Virus record (IMG/VR): IMGVR_UViG_3300011242_000002
Coordinates: 64,001 to 128,000 of that record
DNA length: 64,000 bases
Direction: 5' to 3' (one strand)
From: a virus
Taxonomy: Duplodnaviria > Caudoviricetes
In this document: positions 36,341 to 44,589 of the stretch, piece after piece
How the letters are laid out: each line of letters opens with the position of its first letter
Numbering within the stretch: position 1 is the stretch's first letter
Notes under the pieces: model-generated
What the model was told of the DNA's origin: nothing
What the model saw: only the letters and a program-made list of their open reading frames with translations
Databases searched by the model: none
Made by a program: the position numbers and the translations under genes

Positions 36341-36772
36341 ATGAACACTAATAAACTGACCTTTATCATGTCCGAAGAATTCGTATCCATGGTTCGTGAG
36401 AACCTCAACACCCTGGGTGTGAATGGCACCTGCCGCCTGGCAGAGCGCCGCTACCAGTTCCGCAACCCTAAGCTGGACGGTATCGATATCACCGTAGAAG
36501 ACATCAAACGTGCCGTTGGCATGTGCTACGGTATTGCAGTACGTAAAGATCGCCTGGTCAACATCTATACATGGATTGTTAGCAACGTACGTAACTTTGT
36601 TACGGGTGCCGTTGCCACCAAAGACACTATCGCCAACGCTTGGATGTCATATCGTCGTTATGTTACGGACAATGGTCTGGAGCGTCTGTGGGCCGGAGCC
36701 GGCATCGGACACAACAGTATTATTGAACGTGAGTTCCGTATCATATGTTCATCTGTCGCCGAAAAGATCTGA
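36341..36772 (+). CDS. Hypothetical protein
   Basis: GAGG RBS. Confidence 0.7.
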   Translation: MNTNKLTFIMSEEFVSMVRENLNTLGVNGTCRLAERRYQFRNPKLDGIDITVEDIKRAVGMCYGIAVRKDRLVNIYTWIVSNVRNFVTGAVATKDTIANAWMSYRRYVTDNGLERLWAGAGIGHNSIIEREFRIICSSVAEKI

Positions 36773-36782
36773 GGAAATTACA

Positions 36783-37280
36783 ATGTCTGACCTGAGTATG
36801 TTCGACTTAGTTAAATGGGCGGGATGGATGATCTGCACGACCTTCTGCCTGCTGGTGCTTCGCGCACTGTTTCGTAAACCCGCCAGTGCCCCCAGTCGTC
36901 ACTGGCGCTATCTCTCCACACCAGAACTCCTCCAGTGTGCCTTTACCACTAAGCAGATGTACCAGATTGCCGAGCGCACCGCCCGCAACCATCTGCAACG
37001 CTACGGGGTAAGTGAATGGGTTTCGTTCTATACGGCACTGTTCGAAGAATATGCCAGCGACCCCACCACCGATGGTTACACCATCACCGGCAGTATCACC
37101 GACCTGGGCGACCACCAGGTACGGATTATCTTTAACCTGACCCGCAATGGTGAAACTACCGAACACGACTACACCGTCTCGGACGTTCACCTGGCCCGGA
37201 TCACCGACGTTCTGTCACCAACCTTATTAAGTCGACTCGACTGGCATAAGAAAACCGTTAACCGTGTGAGCGAGGGGTGA
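36783..37280 (+). CDS. N-terminally membrane-anchored hypothetical protein
   Basis: Start moved to ATG 36783 (GAGGA RBS); TM then RK. Confidence 0.7.
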   Translation: MSDLSMFDLVKWAGWMICTTFCLLVLRALFRKPASAPSRHWRYLSTPELLQCAFTTKQMYQIAERTARNHLQRYGVSEWVSFYTALFEEYASDPTTDGYTITGSITDLGDHQVRIIFNLTRNGETTEHDYTVSDVHLARITDVLSPTLLSRLDWHKKTVNRVSEG

Positions 37281-37299
37281 CCCTCGCTTTTATGCCGAT
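37269..37299. terminator. Hairpin (TTATGCCG family)
   Basis: AGCGAGGG-GTGA-CCCTCGCT-TTTATGCCGAT; GGCATAA at 37243-37249. Confidence 0.65.
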
Positions 37300-37343
37300 T
37301 TGAGTTGCAGATAATCTTACACCTATATTAACCAGGTGTATAA
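37299..37343 (+). promoter_or_regulatory. Early promoter module, copy 2
   Basis: TTTGAGTTGCAGATAATCTTACACCTATATTAACCAGGTGTATAA. Confidence 0.75.
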
Positions 37344-37373
37344 ACCACTTACCCTTTTCAAGAGGAAACCTCC

Positions 37374-38054
37374 ATGACCAATCCAATGAACGCAATCCGT
37401 GACTTTAAGGCTAACCGTGCTGCGTCCGCTGATAACGTGGCTCAGTTTCGTCGTGAAGCACCCATTGCCAGCATTCATCATGCCCGTACTGATGAAGCTG
37501 AAGTTGAAGTTGTCTTTGAACCCGTGACCTGTGAGGAAAATACCATGAATACCACTACCGAAAGCACCACCGTTGATTCTCAGCCAGAGCTGGCTAATAC
37601 CACCGAAACCACCGTAAACGTTGCCACCGCTAAAGCTGAGGAAGCCGCCATGAACAATACCACCGAACAAACCCAGACCATCTCCGTGACCGACTTCGCT
37701 ACCCGTGTGAAGAACCTTAACCGCAAACGTATCGGGACCAGCGTACTGCTGAACAGCGTGGCTGCCGCATCCGTTGTGGCCGGCGCTGCAATGAACGGTC
37801 GTGACGTGAGAAACTCCGCCATCGTGGCCGGTATCATCAGCGGTGGCTGCGTGGCCATCGATGCGCTGTCCAGCCGTAAGCGCGCCCTGACTAAAGCCCT
37901 GGCTGAATCCACCGAAACCACCTATCAGGAAGCGGTAGCCGTGAATAAGAAAGAGCTGACCAAAACCGCCCTGTGGACAGCAGCAACCGGTATGCTGATC
38001 GGTGCCTTCTGGGTGAAGAAAGCCGTTGCTAACGTTACTGAATCCGCTGAATAA
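37374..38054 (+). CDS. Membrane protein with a T/E-rich N-terminal region and three nested in-frame starts
   Basis: GAGGAA-N4-CCATG at ATGs 37374, 37545 and 37650; C-terminal A/G-rich hydrophobic helices. Confidence 0.75.
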   Translation: MTNPMNAIRDFKANRAASADNVAQFRREAPIASIHHARTDEAEVEVVFEPVTCEENTMNTTTESTTVDSQPELANTTETTVNVATAKAEEAAMNNTTEQTQTISVTDFATRVKNLNRKRIGTSVLLNSVAAASVVAGAAMNGRDVRNSAIVAGIISGGCVAIDALSSRKRALTKALAESTETTYQEAVAVNKKELTKTALWTAATGMLIGAFWVKKAVANVTESAE

Positions 38055-38064
38055 GGACGCACCC

Positions 38065-38421
38065 ATGAGCCAGGTCGAAACTATCAGTATCCCGGTAAGC
38101 GCCCGTAAGCACGTGGCCTTCACCTCTCTGGCCCGCGGTGCGGGCTTTATCAGCGCGGTAGCCCTCGGACTTACCGTGCTTAACGTCCCCAAAGAACGCG
38201 TCATCTCCGCCGCTGCCGTCATGGTGGCTACGGAGTTACTCGCTGCGGGGACCCATGCCTTTAGCGATAGCAAGGTTAATGAATCCATGACCAAAGAAGG
38301 CTTTGGCACTACTCAGGAAAAACTGGAATCCGCCGGTCAGGGACTGGGTATCGGCTTCCTCGCCATCGGCGCCTGCGTGGCCTTTATCAAACTGACGACG
38401 AAAGGAAAGGACGATGACTAA
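38065..38421 (+). CDS. Small multi-TM protein
   Basis: Start moved to ATG 38065 (TAAGGA RBS). Confidence 0.7.
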   Translation: MSQVETISIPVSARKHVAFTSLARGAGFISAVALGLTVLNVPKERVISAAAVMVATELLAAGTHAFSDSKVNESMTKEGFGTTQEKLESAGQGLGIGFLAIGACVAFIKLTTKGKDDD

Positions 38422-38602
38422 ACAAACTGAAACTGTTCGCCCGCCGCACATTAAAGTCAACTGGGCAGCACCGATCATTACCTTCACCGTGGGTGCGGTG
38501 TTGGCAGGCAGTGAAAACCGTGGCGTCAAAGCCCTCGGTGCCGGGCTGGCAGTAGCCGCGGCGCTGAACCTCTTAAACAAACTCGCAGCAATGGTGGAAT
38601 AA
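38414..38602 (+). CDS. 62-aa membrane protein
   Basis: AAGGA RBS; two hydrophobic G/A-rich segments. Confidence 0.65.
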   Translation: MTKQTETVRPPHIKVNWAAPIITFTVGAVLAGSENRGVKALGAGLAVAAALNLLNKLAAMVE

Positions 38603-38719
38603 ATGAAAAACGGCAAATTCAAAGTTAAGCTGACTGGCGCAAAAGCGTACGCTGCGGTTATCGGTACAACCGGTGTGATCCTTGGCGCCATGGTGGTGCT
38701 GAGCCAGCTGCGTAAATAA
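38603..38719 (+). CDS. 38-aa single-TM peptide (not in ORF track)
   Basis: Starts immediately after the upstream stop; MKNGKFKVKLTGAKAYAAVIGTTGVILGAMVVLSQLRK. Confidence 0.6.
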   Translation: MKNGKFKVKLTGAKAYAAVIGTTGVILGAMVVLSQLRK

Positions 38720-38731
38720 TGTGTATCAACT

Positions 38732-38763
38732 GAGGGAGCTTCGGCTCCTTCTTTTTTTTTTTG
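38732..38763 (+). terminator. Intrinsic terminator
   Basis: GAGGGAGC-TTCG-GCTCCTTC followed by a long T-run. Confidence 0.85.
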
Positions 38764-38776
38764 TTGTAACCAGGAG

Positions 38777-39247
38777 GTGGGAATGCATGAGCTACTCGTA
38801 GCGCTCTGTGCTATCGTGAGCTTTATGGCGTTGATGATAATCACCACCCTGGCGTTTGACTGGGTGGATGAACGATTGTGTCAAAAGCAGTTGGCGGTGC
38901 TTAACGGGTTTATTGAGCGGGGCGGTCATGCCGTGGATCATACTCTCGTGGCTTTAATCATGGTCGAGCTGCGAAATCGGATGTCGATGACCGGCGAGTA
39001 CGTGGAGACCGATGACCATCGCGTACTGATTAGCATGATGGCCAGAAACATTCACGTACTTACCGTCGCGCGGGTGCGCAACCAGATGAGGATCATCAGC
39101 GTGGTGGCTGAGCAGATCAACCGCCAGTCGCTGTATTCAGCGCGCATCAACATCACTACCAACAACCGGGTGGAGCTGGTGATTCAGCTGGCTAACGAAC
39201 CGCATCTTACCTACATCAAATTCAACTCGCCCGATTCGCTTTTCTGA
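38777..39247 (+). CDS. N-terminally membrane-anchored hypothetical protein
   Basis: AGGAGG nearby, so the start is probably the MHELL ATG; N-terminal TM. Confidence 0.65.
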   Translation: MGMHELLVALCAIVSFMALMIITTLAFDWVDERLCQKQLAVLNGFIERGGHAVDHTLVALIMVELRNRMSMTGEYVETDDHRVLISMMARNIHVLTVARVRNQMRIISVVAEQINRQSLYSARINITTNNRVELVIQLANEPHLTYIKFNSPDSLF

Positions 39248-39294
39248 TCGGCATAAAGGCAGGGGTGCAACAACACCCCTGCCTGGATTATGCC
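39248..39294. terminator. Convergent-gene hairpin (GCATAA/TTATGC family)
   Basis: TCGGCATAA-AGGCAGGGGTG-CAACAA-CACCCCTGCCT-GGATTATGCC. Confidence 0.75.
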
Positions 39295-39899
39295 TGCCCG
39301 GTAAGGCGCGCTTCATAGCTTTGAATGATCATGCGCAATTGTTCGTTCTCGGCGATGAGGCGCAGGTTCTCCGCATGTTCGGTCGGGCGGTTGCGAATTA
39401 CCGCCAGCCGGTTCTCTTCGTTCAGGCGGTGTTGAGTCGCCGTCACTGTGCCGGAGGAAGGAGCGATGGCGATGTTCACCGTCGGGGTCACGCCAATCAA
39501 GTCGGAGCATGCCGCCTGGATGGTATCCATCAGCTGCTGGGTCTCGTTGATCAGTGAGGTCGGTATTGCCCCAAGTGGTACGGAGAGCACCACGTAGTCG
39601 TAGCTGATCGCCGTGTCGTCCGGCATCCGGGTGATGTACGTGGTCGGCACGTACACCGTAGGCTGACCGGGGGCGGTCAGGGAGACGATCTTTGCCAGGG
39701 CCAGGACGTCCGCATCGTACGCCGCCTTATCCAGCCCCACGGGGGCATAGACCTGGGCGACCACGTCGACGTTGAGCTTGAGCATCTCGTCAAAGGTACG
39801 GATTGCTTCCACCATGTAGATGGTATTAGCGGTAACCTTAAACGGCTCTGCCAGCGTCCACAATCCCCGCAGTGACATAGGAGGAATAATGTTAGCCAT
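39288..39899 (-). CDS. Conserved jumbo-phage protein, probably virion-associated
   Basis: GGAGG RBS; position in the core block upstream of RNase H. Confidence 0.6.
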   Translation of the reverse strand: MANIIPPMSLRGLWTLAEPFKVTANTIYMVEAIRTFDEMLKLNVDVVAQVYAPVGLDKAAYDADVLALAKIVSLTAPGQPTVYVPTTYITRMPDDTAISYDYVVLSVPLGAIPTSLINETQQLMDTIQAACSDLIGVTPTVNIAIAPSSGTVTATQHRLNEENRLAVIRNRPTEHAENLRLIAENEQLRMIIQSYEARLTGQA

Positions 39900-39913
39900 T
39901 TAGGATACCCTCC

Positions 39914-41233
39914 TTACGGGTAGAGCGACACGGTGTACGGCTTCGCAACCATCAGCAGTTTGATGCCGTCAACGGTCTTGGTCGCACACACCACGCCATC
40001 ACGCACCACGCGGTTAACCCCGGCCGGGAGCTCGGAGAAGGCTTCCATCGTTTCAGCCGCCAGGATGAGTTCCTGCAGGGCAAAGATGAACGCCTGGGTA
40101 CCCTTGGAGATGCTGTCAAACTCGGTGGCAGTCGATGGGATCAGCGCGTAGTCCGGGTACAGTGCCAGCAGCTTGAACTGCCCGCCACGGTTGGTCGGTT
40201 TAGCCACCGCGTTGAGTTTCAGTGACTTGGTCAGGCTTGGGAACACCTGCAGCGACGTTTGGATGTGTGCCGCGGCATACCACTTCATGACCTTCTTCGG
40301 CAGGTTCAATACGGTAGCGTAATCAACAACCGGACTGTGGATACCCGCCTGCACCGTTTTGTTAGGAATGCTATAGGAAATCCAATCCGGCGCAATCACA
40401 TATTCGATCGGGTTGAAGAGGTCTGGGATTACCAGTGCCCATTCATCCTCACCGAATGTGGAGTTCGCCAGGATGTCCTGTTTGATCGCCTCGTAGGCGG
40501 CATCATCGTTGCGTCCGTTCTTACCCCAACCTACCACCTGCCAGTATGCTTCCTGGAACAGCTTGGTGTTGGCTTTATCGTACACCTTGAAGGTGTAGGT
40601 CTGGATAAAGGTTTGCGGGTGGTCGCCGACCATCTGGTCGAGCGCCATGGACAGCATCCCTTTGGTAAAGGCGGCGATAGCATTTTGTTGGGTAACAAAA
40701 TCTTCGTGCAGCAGATCCAGGTCTTTCGTCGGTACACAGTGCAGCGGTTCCAGCTCAAAGCGGGGATACTGCATCTGGAAAGCTTCGTCGGTAAACCAGA
40801 TCTTAACGGTGTTGGCCCCTGCGGTGGATCCGGAGATGGTGCCGGAGATCCATTCAGGTGCCCAGTGCTGACCGTCGGTTACCATCGGACCAATGGCCAG
40901 ACTGCCCCAGGTGCTGCTAAAGGCGCTGGTGATCTGTTGCAGGGTGATCACCTTGTCGTTGGTAATGCGCCCGTCAATGATGCGCAGCATGATCCAGTAC
41001 TGCAGCTGCAGGATCGGGATCTTGTACACGTCGGTCAGGGCAAACGGACTACCGTTGTCGTTTTCGGTGGTGAAGGCCTGGAACACTGCGCCAGGCTGGC
41101 TATCACTCGAATAGGTTCCGATGCCTCGGGAAAACGTCATGGAGATTTGTGACAGCTCGCCAATGTCGTTGGTAATTGAGGGGCTGTTATTGATCAGGGC
41201 GTTGCATTGTGCAAACCCGAGTATCGTTTTCAT
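39914..41233 (-). CDS. Conserved jumbo-phage protein, probably virion structural
   Basis: Long ORF with biased codons; context inference only. Confidence 0.6.
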   Translation of the reverse strand: MKTILGFAQCNALINNSPSITNDIGELSQISMTFSRGIGTYSSDSQPGAVFQAFTTENDNGSPFALTDVYKIPILQLQYWIMLRIIDGRITNDKVITLQQITSAFSSTWGSLAIGPMVTDGQHWAPEWISGTISGSTAGANTVKIWFTDEAFQMQYPRFELEPLHCVPTKDLDLLHEDFVTQQNAIAAFTKGMLSMALDQMVGDHPQTFIQTYTFKVYDKANTKLFQEAYWQVVGWGKNGRNDDAAYEAIKQDILANSTFGEDEWALVIPDLFNPIEYVIAPDWISYSIPNKTVQAGIHSPVVDYATVLNLPKKVMKWYAAAHIQTSLQVFPSLTKSLKLNAVAKPTNRGGQFKLLALYPDYALIPSTATEFDSISKGTQAFIFALQELILAAETMEAFSELPAGVNRVVRDGVVCATKTVDGIKLLMVAKPYTVSLYP

Positions 41234-41308
41234 AGTTCACCCTTTAGAATTGGGAGTGGATAAAAGACATAACATTCAGCAGCGGTACGTGAATCGGGGG
41301 TTAACAGC

Positions 41309-41722
41309 ATGTTACTGTTACGTATCTTTATTATGTGCCTCCCCATTATTCGGAAACAATCGAATAACTTCATGTCCGACGGCGCCACGCGTTACAGCAC
41401 CACACGTAAAAGCAAGGGTCTTTATTATACCTTGGTTGCGTTTATATTTCTCTTGTCCGGGGTGGTTTATTACGGATACCGGGAATACGAAAGCCTGAAC
41501 ACACAAAATAAGCAGTTTGTGAGCGAACTGAGTACTCTCCGCGGCATGACGAGTATTTATCCGAACATGACTGATATGCTGAACCAGAACAAGCTTCTGC
41601 TACAGCAGAATAAAATCTTAGGCGACGAATTGTTGGAATTGCGTAAAGAAAATGCGCGTTTGAATGAAGACCTGCTGGGACAGTGCCGTAAAGCGACTAA
41701 GCCACCTCTGAGACGTAAGTAG
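41309..41722 (+). CDS. Membrane-anchored coiled-coil protein
   Basis: TM (YYTLVAFIFLLSGVVYYGY) followed by a heptad-rich region and a basic tail. Confidence 0.6.
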   Translation: MLLLRIFIMCLPIIRKQSNNFMSDGATRYSTTRKSKGLYYTLVAFIFLLSGVVYYGYREYESLNTQNKQFVSELSTLRGMTSIYPNMTDMLNQNKLLLQQNKILGDELLELRKENARLNEDLLGQCRKATKPPLRRK

Positions 41723-41794
41723 GGGGTGGTTTGGTTTTTATTAACCTAAACGGTCTATGATAAGAGAGAATACGATTAATTTGAGGAGTCAGCG

Positions 41795-43309
41795 ATGGAA
41801 TCAACAACATTGCCGAAGATTTCCATGATCCTGTATACGGACGGTGGATATCGGCAAAATGTGGGCGGATGGGGGGTGCATGGCTATACGCACCTGGTTG
41901 ACGATACCGAAGACAAGAAAAAGAAGAAGAAGCCTGCGGTAGGCGTTCCCACCACGACTGGCTACATCATCAAAGACGATCCGAAAATGACCCAGCGCGA
42001 AGTCGTGAGGCCGCTGCAGGTTTTCGAATCGTTTGCCGGGCTCTTGCCGGAGACCACCAATAACATCGCTGAAATGACCGCGTCGTTAAACGGAATGGAG
42101 TTGGCGATTGGACAAGGCGCGGAGCGGCTCACCATCTTTACCGACAGTGAGTACGTGGTAAAGGGGGTAACGCAGTACCTGAACAAGTGGAAAGCCAACG
42201 GTTGGAAAAAGTCCACCGGTGACGAGATTGCTAACAAACCGCTGTGGCAGGCGATTGACAGCAAGTTAACCGAGCTTAAGGACAAGAACATCCACTACAC
42301 TTTCCAGTGGGTGAAAGGTCACGATGGGCATCGCGGTAACGTGATGGCGGACTACATGGCGACCCGTGGGGTGATGCTTGGCAAACAGGGTGATGCTGAA
42401 CCGCGTCACAACGTGCAGGACTTCAACGAGTACGAAAAGTACAAGGCTGAGCGCCACCGCTTTGTGTCGCACTCGCGCTGGTACTTTAACTTAAGCGACG
42501 ACTCGCTGCTGCGCACCAACCCGCACGGCTTTTATGAATACTGCTTTGGCCACCCGTCAAAAGAAGATACCGACCAGGTGTATCTGGGTAAAGCGCTGGC
42601 CGACACCGCGTTTAGCATCGTGTGGTTAAAGCAGCCGGAAGCCTGTTTGGATTTGGTGTACACCAGCGTGAAGAAGATTGCCACCAACGTGTACGGCAAC
42701 GCCTTCATTGGTCGTCTGGATAACATCTACAGCCCGTTTACCCACAAGGAGATCATGGACTACGGCGGGTCGCTGCTGTTCCGTGCCAACAAGAACGACA
42801 ACGACATCACCAACTGCACCGGCGCGTTGATCGTGCGTGAGTGTAACCCGCCGGCGATTTCTTACCGGGCGGTGAACAACCTGATCTTCCTCAACCAGTG
42901 CTTAACCGAGTTCCATACCGGTGAGCTGGACCGCCTGCGTCGGGTGGTTGAGGTGACCGACCTGATTTACGACAGCGAAACCACCAAGAAGGGCGAGGTG
43001 AAGATGTCGTTGAAAAAGGAGATCAAACAAAACACCAAAGCCATCAAGCTGCCGGTGAAGTGTGACGTGTTGGACAAGGACATCGTGGTTGACGTCACCT
43101 GCACCTTAGGTCTTGATATTCCTAACCGTAACACGTTAAGCGGGATCTGTGATGAGAATCCGAAGATTTACATCATGACCGTGAAGGAGTCTGACGTGGC
43201 TTTCCGCTACCTGACAATCATGTCGTGCGACGCGGGATACTGCATCATGGCGAACGTGTACGCTAACCTGCGTATCCTGTCCAAAGCGGAACTGGAGAAG
43301 TGCGCGTAA
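41795..43309 (+). CDS. Ribonuclease HI with a long C-terminal extension (phiKZ-type)
   Basis: LYTDGG, TTNNIAEM, FTDSEYV, W..NGW, N..LW, WVKGH.GH.GN.MAD. Confidence 0.92.
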   Translation: MESTTLPKISMILYTDGGYRQNVGGWGVHGYTHLVDDTEDKKKKKKPAVGVPTTTGYIIKDDPKMTQREVVRPLQVFESFAGLLPETTNNIAEMTASLNGMELAIGQGAERLTIFTDSEYVVKGVTQYLNKWKANGWKKSTGDEIANKPLWQAIDSKLTELKDKNIHYTFQWVKGHDGHRGNVMADYMATRGVMLGKQGDAEPRHNVQDFNEYEKYKAERHRFVSHSRWYFNLSDDSLLRTNPHGFYEYCFGHPSKEDTDQVYLGKALADTAFSIVWLKQPEACLDLVYTSVKKIATNVYGNAFIGRLDNIYSPFTHKEIMDYGGSLLFRANKNDNDITNCTGALIVRECNPPAISYRAVNNLIFLNQCLTEFHTGELDRLRRVVEVTDLIYDSETTKKGEVKMSLKKEIKQNTKAIKLPVKCDVLDKDIVVDVTCTLGLDIPNRNTLSGICDENPKIYIMTVKESDVAFRYLTIMSCDAGYCIMANVYANLRILSKAELEKCA

Positions 43310-43318
43310 GGAGGAGAT

Positions 43319-43669
43319 GTGAGTACAGCATCAACACTGCCCATGCGCGCCGACGTTGACATTGCGGCCCTGTTTGACACGGATCGGATACTGGATGCGC
43401 CCATACGCCGGCGCATCCTGCTGACCTACATCTGCCAGCAGCGTCAACCCGGCTCCAGCGCCGACGAACTGAATCGTCAGCACCACATCACCCGTAGCGC
43501 CAAAGACGTGGACCGCTGTTTGTTTTACGTGCAGATTATGGATGAGAAGCTGCGCGGGGCCTTTCGTGGGGTGAATTTCAATTCACCGCTGGACATCGTT
43601 GCCCAGATCCCGCACTGGATCAAGTACGGCTCAATTGTGGAAATGTACCACGACATTAAAATGCTGTAG
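43319..43669 (+). CDS. Hypothetical protein
   Basis: AGGAGG RBS with GTG start. Confidence 0.6.
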   Translation: MSTASTLPMRADVDIAALFDTDRILDAPIRRRILLTYICQQRQPGSSADELNRQHHITRSAKDVDRCLFYVQIMDEKLRGAFRGVNFNSPLDIVAQIPHWIKYGSIVEMYHDIKML

Positions 43670-43672
43670 CGG

Positions 43673-43723
43673 GCATAAGGGGCGCTTCTCTCCCACCCGG
43701 GAGAGAAGGCCTCTGTTTTATGC
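43673..43723. terminator. Convergent-gene hairpin (GCATAA/TTATGC family)
   Basis: GCATAAG...CTTCTCTCCC-ACCC-GGGAGAGAAG...TTTTATGC. Confidence 0.7.
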
Positions 43724-43724
43724 G

Positions 43725-44507
43725 TTATTTTTTGGTTAACAGCTTTTCTGCGGTGTTGTTCAACGCCGAACCGGTAGAGATCAGCAGTGTGGTCGCCACG
43801 CTGTAGACGTCCACGGTACGGGCCAACTGCAGCATCAGGTCGCCGAGCTGCTTCACCTGTTGAGCGCTCAGTACCACACTACCGTCAGTCATGGACGTAT
43901 GAATCACTTCGGCGATCTCGGCGATGCGTTCAACGTTGAGACGGGTCTCTTTAGGATTACGACGTACCAGCTTCTGCACCAGGATATTGAAGTCGGCGTA
44001 GGTGCCCTGATAGTCGGTCATTGACTCGAAGCGGGCAGAGAACGCAATGTCGGTGATCTCGCGTCCGTTAAAGGTTTTCTGCAGATCGAGCTCCAACTTG
44101 TCTTTACCGGCGGTCAACGGGGCAACGCTGTAAATAGATATGCCCGCGCCGTTGCTAATGTCCAGCAGGCTCTTCAGCACTGCCGGCAACGCCTGCTCGG
44201 TGGTAGCCAAGAAACGACAGCAGTGTTCAAGGGTTGGCAGCAGCTCACGGTACGGCTTGTTCAGACGCGCAGGTTGGAAAATCAGGGTGTCCATCACGTC
44301 GGTGTAGTTAAAGCTGTTCACCACCTTTTTCGCAGCCGACACGTCTGCCAGGATGATCGGCTTATCGAGCCCCAGCATCTTGCCGTGGAAATATTGCTTG
44401 ACGCCTTGGAACAGTTTGCTGATCGAGGTGACCGGGTTAAAGCCTTCGTTACCGATGCCCTCGTTGAGGTCCTTTACGGCGTTTTCAAAATCGCTAATGG
44501 TATACAT
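43725..44507 (-). CDS. Probable head/internal virion protein
   Basis: Start moved to MYTISD (GGGAG RBS); G-N-E in the short N-terminal segment resembles a prohead protease site. Confidence 0.6.
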   Translation of the reverse strand: MYTISDFENAVKDLNEGIGNEGFNPVTSISKLFQGVKQYFHGKMLGLDKPIILADVSAAKKVVNSFNYTDVMDTLIFQPARLNKPYRELLPTLEHCCRFLATTEQALPAVLKSLLDISNGAGISIYSVAPLTAGKDKLELDLQKTFNGREITDIAFSARFESMTDYQGTYADFNILVQKLVRRNPKETRLNVERIAEIAEVIHTSMTDGSVVLSAQQVKQLGDLMLQLARTVDVYSVATTLLISTGSALNNTAEKLLTKK

Positions 44508-44589
44508 GTTTGCTCCCGAGGGTTCAGTAGTTTTATTCAACATATTATCACTTATTATGAACGCATTTCATTTTATTAAGGATTAAACC

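Noticed and set aside
37323-38309. 328-aa minus-strand ORF
   Set aside because: Antisense to promoter-driven plus-strand genes with clear RBSs; the translation is not protein-like.
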